Origin: the human T2T-CHM13v2.0 reference genome, Homo sapiens
DNA length: 64,000 nucleotides
NCBI RefSeq assembly: GCF_009914755.1
Contig: NC_060926.1
Reading direction: 5' to 3' (one strand)
How positions within the stretch are numbered: position 1 is the stretch's first letter; every line of letters begins with the position of its first letter. The position numbers and the translations under genes are program-made. Shown here one piece after another: positions 48,849-64,000 of the stretch. Below the pieces are notes generated by a model. It worked only from the letters and a program-made list of their open reading frames with translations. It was not told the DNA's origin and ran no database searches.

Positions 48849-49857
48849 GGTGGGCAGCAAGCCACCCAGGTGCTGAGGCAAGAGACCGAGGGCACAAGTT
48901 GTTCCAGTATAATAAAATATATAAAACAACAAGAGTTATACTAGATCTAAATCATAGACATGATTATATATGAATATCATTAATCATTAGTTTGTAGCAA
49001 TTACTCTTTATTCCAATACTGTAATAATCCTCGCTCTATAATCATAACCTAGGAAAAACCAGGCCATACAGAGATAGGAACCGAAGGGACATAGTGAGTG
49101 AGAAGTGATCAGAAGACAAGAGTGCAAGCCTTCTGTTATGCCCGGACAGGGCCACCAGAGGGCTCCTTGGTCTAGTGGTAATGCCAGCGTCTGGGAAGAC
49201 GCCCATTGCCAAGCAGACCGTGGTCTAGCAGTAGCATCAGTGTCAAGGAAAAACACCCGCTACTTAGCAGACCGGGAAAGGGAGTCTCCCTTTCCCTGGG
49301 GGAGTTTAGAGGAGATTCTACTCCTCCACCTCTTATGGAGGGCCTGACATCAGTCAGGCCCGCCCGCAGTTATCCGGAGGCCTGACCCTGTCTCCCTGTG
49401 ATGCTGTGCTTCAGTGGTCACGCTCCTAGTCTGCTTTCAAGTTCCATCCTGTACACCTGGCTCTGCCTTTTAGATAACAGTAGCAAAATTAATGAAAGTA
49501 CTAAAAGTCTCTGATATGCAGAAATAATGGCGTAAGCTGTCTCTCTCTCGCTCTCCCTCTCTCTGCCTCGGCTGCCAGGCAGGGAAGGGCCCCCTGTCCA
49601 GTGGACACGTGACTCACGTGACCTTATCAATCACTAGAGATGACTCACACTCTTTACCCTGCCCCTTTTGCCTTGTATCCAATAAATAACAGTGCAGCCA
49701 GGCATTCGGGGCTACTACTGGTCTCTGCATCTTGGTGGTAGTGGTCCCCCAGGCCCAGCTGTCTTTTATCTCTTTGTCTTGTGTCTTTATTTCTACAATC
49801 TCTCGTCTCCACACATGGGGAGAAAAACCCACTGACCCTGTGGGGCTGGTCCCTACA
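48849..49857 (+). mobile_element. LTR13 solo LTR (HERV-K13/HML-4) nested in the provirus pol gene
   Basis: gtgggcagcaagccacccagg...gaccctgtggggctggtccctaca, ~1.0 kb; degenerate 6-bp TSD ttctac/tcttac. Confidence 0.88.
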
Positions 49858-49898
49858 TCTTACCATCATGCAAGTCCCATTAAGACAACTACAGTTTC

Positions 49899-53521
<3,623 letters not shown>

Positions 53522-56172
53522 CTAAAGTGTGCCAGGAAACTAATCTAACTTGGGACAAAGTACTACCTTCTCTCCTGCTGAGGATTTGGGTCATTCCCTG
53601 AAACAGGCTCTAGTTGAGCCCTTTAGAAATTATGTATGAGAGACCCTTCCTAGCCACATTGGGGCTAGATCAGGCTATAAAATCTTAGAAAGGGAAGGAG
53701 CTATTAGACATTATTTAAAATTGCTAAATGAAATACCGACTTCTGTTCATGAGTTTGCTTCTTCCCCATGGACAGGCCACCTCACCCTTTCTAGGCTAGA
53801 GACCAAGTTCTACTTAAAACCTGGAGGGAGACTGGACTGAATCACCAACTAGCCCCTCAAAGGGTAAGACCCTATGAGGTCCTTCTGACCACGCATTCAT
53901 CAATTGGGCAGGAGTTAAACCGTGGGTACATTATACCTGGATAAAAATTGCCCCCGCCTCAGCCCGACCTATCAGGTTAATAGACCTGAAAGGACATGTG
54001 AACCAACTAAAAACCTGAAGCTGCTTTTGAAGAAAACATCCACAGATAAGTAAAGCCTTCTTGCTAAGCACCACAGTACTATATGGCTTACGGTGTCTGC
54101 TGAAACCAATCTTTTCCTACAATGGGCACATTATGCAGATAGCCTACAGAAGCTCGTAGGGTTTGAGGGCTGTTACCTATCTCTAGCATGTTGGTATTAC
54201 CTTGGTCGGTCTTGCTCTTACAAGGAAACAACTGAGTACAGTAACAAACTTTTATGAAAAACTATTCCAAAGAAAATCAGGTCTCTGGTGTGCTAACACG
54301 AGGAAATGTAAGGCTATGGCCTGGCATTAATATAACCCTTCACAACCCAGGTCACAGAAAATCTTTTACTATATATCAGACTGTTCAATGAACTTTTGAA
54401 TACACTGCTCCTCCTCTCCTGAAGGAATTTCCCTTGGCAGCCCCCCAAATTTTGGCTATTAATAGCCACTATACTGAGGAAGGTTTTTATCAAGCTTGGG
54501 ATGATTATCTTTGAATGACTGTGTTCCCCTACCCTTATCCTGCCACCGGCCACATAAATCAAATTGCCCCTTTATGTTGGGAACAACAACAAAAAAAAAA
54601 ACAGCATTCTTATGATAACTGGCCAAATATCACTAAGAATATGGGCTGGATGCTCCCCCCACCAGTGTGAACATACTCCAGGGCTGCAACAAACTGACTG
54701 GTTTGCTACCAATTGGACACAGGCCAGGAATTCAATTGGCTAGCTTCATACGGAGTGCAATGGCTATGTGGGACTAATCTTTGGCCCTGATTACCCATTG
54801 GCTAGATAGGACAATATGCTCTGGGATTCTCACAGGTCCAGGGCCATTTGGCAAAAACCAACGGACAACCTGGAAATTTCCCAAATGTGTTGCATCAATG
54901 GACCAAGTCAGTTTTCCACTGGTATGACCATCCCCTCTCCATTTTTGTTCCCCAAGTTAGTTTAAAAAATGTTATCTGACATGTTGAGATCCTAACAAAT
55001 TATACCCAGCATGTGCTGAAGGATGCATTCAAAGGCATCTCTTTAGTCACCTCTCAGATGACTATGATGAAAAAAGCAGTTTTGTAGAACCACATGGCCC
55101 TTGATGTCTTCACAGCTACACAAGGAGAACTTGTGCCATAATGAAAACTGAATGCTATGTGTACATTCCAGACAATTCAGGAAACATCACCCTGGCCCTT
55201 CAAGATATGTACAAACTGATGCTGTGTCCAACCTCATGATGTCACTAAACCAATGATTATCTTAATACTTCCGGTCAGTACCCTCTTGGTGGAAAAAATT
55301 ACTGGTAATTCTAGCTATGACTATAGGAACAGGAATACTCCTTGGCTGTGGATTATACTGCTGTGGCACTATATATGTGGGATTGCAAGATCGCCCTTCT
55401 CAAGCTCCTGACACCCTGTTCAACAATGTTACAACAAAATTGCCTAAGTCCCGGGACATGTGAATATTTTCAACTGCAGGTAAGTAAGTTCCATTCCTCA
55501 GCCCCCTAGGAATGCCCCTTGCCAGCGGGAAGTAGTTAGACTGAGTCAACACCCCAACTGAAGATTGAGGAAAGGAACAGTGTCAGTGGGGATACTGTAA
55601 CCCAGCCTATATTAGAAAAATCATCAGGTGTTTATTTTACTTATTTTTCTTTCTCTGTCCTTAGCTTCCTCCAGGCAGGATCGCTCGCACGTAGTCATTT
55701 TGGTAGAGAGCAGTCACTAACAAGTGATTAACTTTATATCCTAACCCCCAGGGGCTGCTTGCAAGATTAACGTACTTGTTTTTCTTTTAAAGAACAATGA
55801 TCCTTAGGTCATACTGACCTCCCTGATGGCATCCAGAAATTTGACTGGCCAAGGGACACGAGCAGCTTTGATCATCAGGGAAAGCCCCCAATTACATGCA
55901 AAGGAAGGTCATATTTGAGAATCTGCTTCTCCCACCCTCATACTTTGGCCAAATTGAATAAACCTTTCTAAGCATTAATGTGTCAGTGTTTGGCTTACTG
56001 TGCACCGGGTACATGAACCTAACTTTTGGGGTTCTACAACAGCAACCTGACTGAGCTAATCACGTACAGCCAAGAACAGCTGAGCTACAGTAGCTCCTTA
56101 AAATCAGGGTCCAGATGTTGTTCATAGATGAGAGAAGAGAAAATAACTATCACATGCAGCATCAGACATTCA

Positions 56173-56878
<706 letters not shown>

Positions 56879-57325
56879 GGTAAGCCACAACTCCACTTAA
56901 GAGGAGAGGCAACTGGAGAAAGATCCCAGGAGGTTATATTCAACAACGGAGCAATAACACAGTAGTCTTGCTAGACATCCACAGCCTTTAAATGGACATA
57001 TTCTACTCTGTTTATCACCTTTATAAAAGTTTTCAAGTTTTCTGGATAGTTCTACTCAGTTGATGGCAATTACCCTGCCAGGTAACTTACTCACTATAAT
57101 TGAATAAACCAGCAATCTGGTTTATCAGTCAGTCTCTCTTGCTCAATTGACAATCCCTAAAAGTTCATCCATTCCTGTGTGAGACCGTATATCTGACAAT
57201 TCAGTCAAAGGAAGTTGGTCAAATCCCACAACTGACTGCCAAAGAAAGTAATATCTAATCACAAAAATACCACAATTAATTACAGGTAGTAACTAGGTTC
57301 TAAAGAAATTATCTCCTAAGTAGAT

Positions 57326-57331
57326 TTTAAT
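57326..57331 (-). terminator. DUSP11 polyadenylation signal (ATTAAA)
   Basis: tttaat on +, ~430 nt past the stop codon in an AT-rich 3' UTR. Confidence 0.55.
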
Positions 57332-57756
57332 ATAAATTTTGAACAGTTATAGAAAATAAAGATGGCCTTTGGGTCAATAACAGAACATAACAAAAACACT
57401 AAAAATTTCTGTACATAAACACACGCATATCACAAGTCTAGTCAGAAAGAAATACATAGAAAAACAAGATAGAATTTTAAAAATAATTTGCAAGGGAAGT
57501 TCTCAATGCTTCAGTTCTAAAATATTGTCTTCTTTTAGAAAAATTTAAGACTGGAATAACAGATTGTTTTTCCTGCAATGCTGTAATTACTGCAAATTTA
57601 TCAGCAAAGAGGTAAACAGCAATGCAATTTTTCCTTAAGCTTGAATACATAAGGGAACAATAAAGAAACCTGATTAGACCTGAACTAATTAAAAGTCACA
57701 CCAGTAATTTTCAGGCCAGCTCTGGTCTCCAGGTAGAATTCCAGGACAGGTTTGTA

Positions 57757-62302
<4,546 letters not shown>

Positions 62303-62719
62303 CTAACAAAACAACATAATTTGGGTCATTTATATACGAAAAGAAAAAAATCAAGTTTTTTCAAAAAAGGTCCAATTTCAACTTATAGACATAGATATAA
62401 AAATCCTAAGAAAATATCAGCACATCAAATCCAGCAGTTATTAAAGAATGACATACCATGACCACAAAAAGACGTTTTTCAAGAATGCAAGGATGACCCA
62501 ACTCCAGAAAATCTATTTATATATTTATTTACATTAATGTAATTTAATAAACAAAAGGAAAGAAAATGCAGAATCATTTTTTATCAAAATGCTTTATACA
62601 CTAAAAATAGAGACTTCCTTAATATGACAGAGTATTTATCAGAAACCAACAATGAACAAAAGACAAATTGGGAAAAATATTAACATTATATCTAAAAAAT
62701 ACTGTATAACCAACAGAAT

Positions 62720-63540
62720 GGGCCAGAAACTTGGGAGTCACCATCACTGTCAGCCATTTCTTCCAAACTCTCATATTCAATTCACCACCAACTCCTGACA
62801 ACAATATTACCTAAATATCTCTATAGAGTATATCTGTATCTTTCTACCAAAATGACCACCATGCCCTGGTCCAATCCACCATTATGCCTCAGTTCCTACA
62901 AACACCTCCCAACTTGTCTCCTTGCTTCTACCTCTTTCCCTCTGCAGTGTATTCTCCACTCAGCAGCAAAATGATAGGTTGAAAATACAAATTTGAATGT
63001 GTTCCCCACACTCATCCCCAACAAAAAAAATTCAATGGTTTTCTATTGCTCTTAAGGTAGTGACTAAAACCTTAAACATAGCTCTGCATGGTTTCAGCTC
63101 CTATTCATATTTCCAGCTCCATTTTAACGCCATACTACCCCCATGGCCCAGTCTCCCTAGCCAGTTCCTCCAACACAGTATATATTTTCCTGTTAATATG
63201 GTCTCTGCTGATCCTTACGTTCAGAATTCTCTCCACAACATCCCTACCTGGTTAACACCTACTTATACTTCAGATATTTGCTCAGACCTCCCCACAGAAA
63301 CCTCTAGTCCTCTTGTTGAAGTCAAATCCTCCCTATTCTATGCTCTCATTGTACCATGTCACTCCCCTTCTCAGCACTTGTTGGAATTGTAATTGTATAG
63401 GCATTTGTGTGATTCTTTAATATCTACTCCCTCCCTAGACTGTTAGGACGCACAAAGGGCAGCTAAAGTCTCTTTGCTAACACGCAGCACACTGCTTACA
63501 CATAATAGATGCTCAGGAGATATTTTCTGAATGAACAAAC
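62720..63540. mobile_element. L2 fragment (similar L2 remnants at ~31640-32270)
   Basis: gccagaaacttgggagtca, ctccactcagcagcaaaatgat and the tail tgaatgaacaaa. Confidence 0.6.
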
Positions 63541-63768
63541 ATAACTCAGTACAGTGTGGCAACATCCATAAAAAGCATAACGACACATACTATTTGATTA
63601 AGAAATTCTATTTTGAGTGAAATTACCTCCGGGGCTATGAGATATGCATTCAAAAATATTTACATAGAAATGTTCACTACTTCAATGTTTTATAATATCA
63701 AAAACTTCTGACTTTTGTGTTCATCGGTGTGCAAAGAACAACGCAGGCCTTAAAAAGAATAAGGAGTC

Positions 63769-64000
63769 TGGCCAGGCGCGGTGGCTCACTCCTGTAATAC
63801 CAGCACTTTGGGAGGCCGAGGCGGGTGGATCACAAGGTCAGGAGATCAAGACCATCCTGGCTAACACGGTGAAACCACATCTCTACTAAAAATACAAAAA
63901 ATTAGCCGGGCGTGGTGGCGGGCACCTGTAGTCCCAGCTACTTGGGAGGCTGAGGCAGGAGAACGGCGTGAACCTGGGAAGCAGAACTTGGAGTGAGTCG
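63769..64000 (+). mobile_element. AluY (runs off the window)
   Basis: gagatcaagaccatcctggctaacacggtg and gaacggcgtgaacc. Confidence 0.9.

Noticed and set aside
54070-55510. Functional or co-opted env gene
   Set aside because: Multiple stops and frameshifts, including a stop in the immunosuppressive domain and CX6CC changed to CX6CY.

Overview
Hominid (most likely human chr2p13.1) DNA. It holds the complete TPRKB gene (- strand; coding exons 29551-29691, 27282-27404, 25679-25855 and 25062-25148; 175 aa) with its CpG/ETS promoter, and the last four coding exons plus 3' UTR of DUSP11 (- strand). The left 24 kb looks like a relic of local duplication: one block occurs twice (1-3600 and 14036-24118), and the second copy is split by a full-length L1PA3. 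Between the two copies lie three degenerate exons homologous to ALMS1 exons ~17-19, which stop abruptly at a junction marked by micro-duplications. From recalled locus order (ALMS1-NAT8-ALMS1P1-NAT8B-TPRKB-DUSP11), I infer a third, deleted ALMS1-3'/NAT8 unit. The TPRKB-DUSP11 spacer is mostly retroelements: an RT-less LTR47/ERVL provirus, a twin-primed L1, and a ~10.3 kb class I provirus with an envR(b)-like env that carries a nested LTR13 and four Alus. The most interesting signals are the ALMS1 relic, uneven divergence across the duplication, a TPRKB uORF switched by a NAGNAG acceptor, an in-frame Alu exon in TPRKB, and an open ORF0 in a ZNF93-site-bearing L1PA3. Gene and repeat family names come from recalled sequences, not from database searches.
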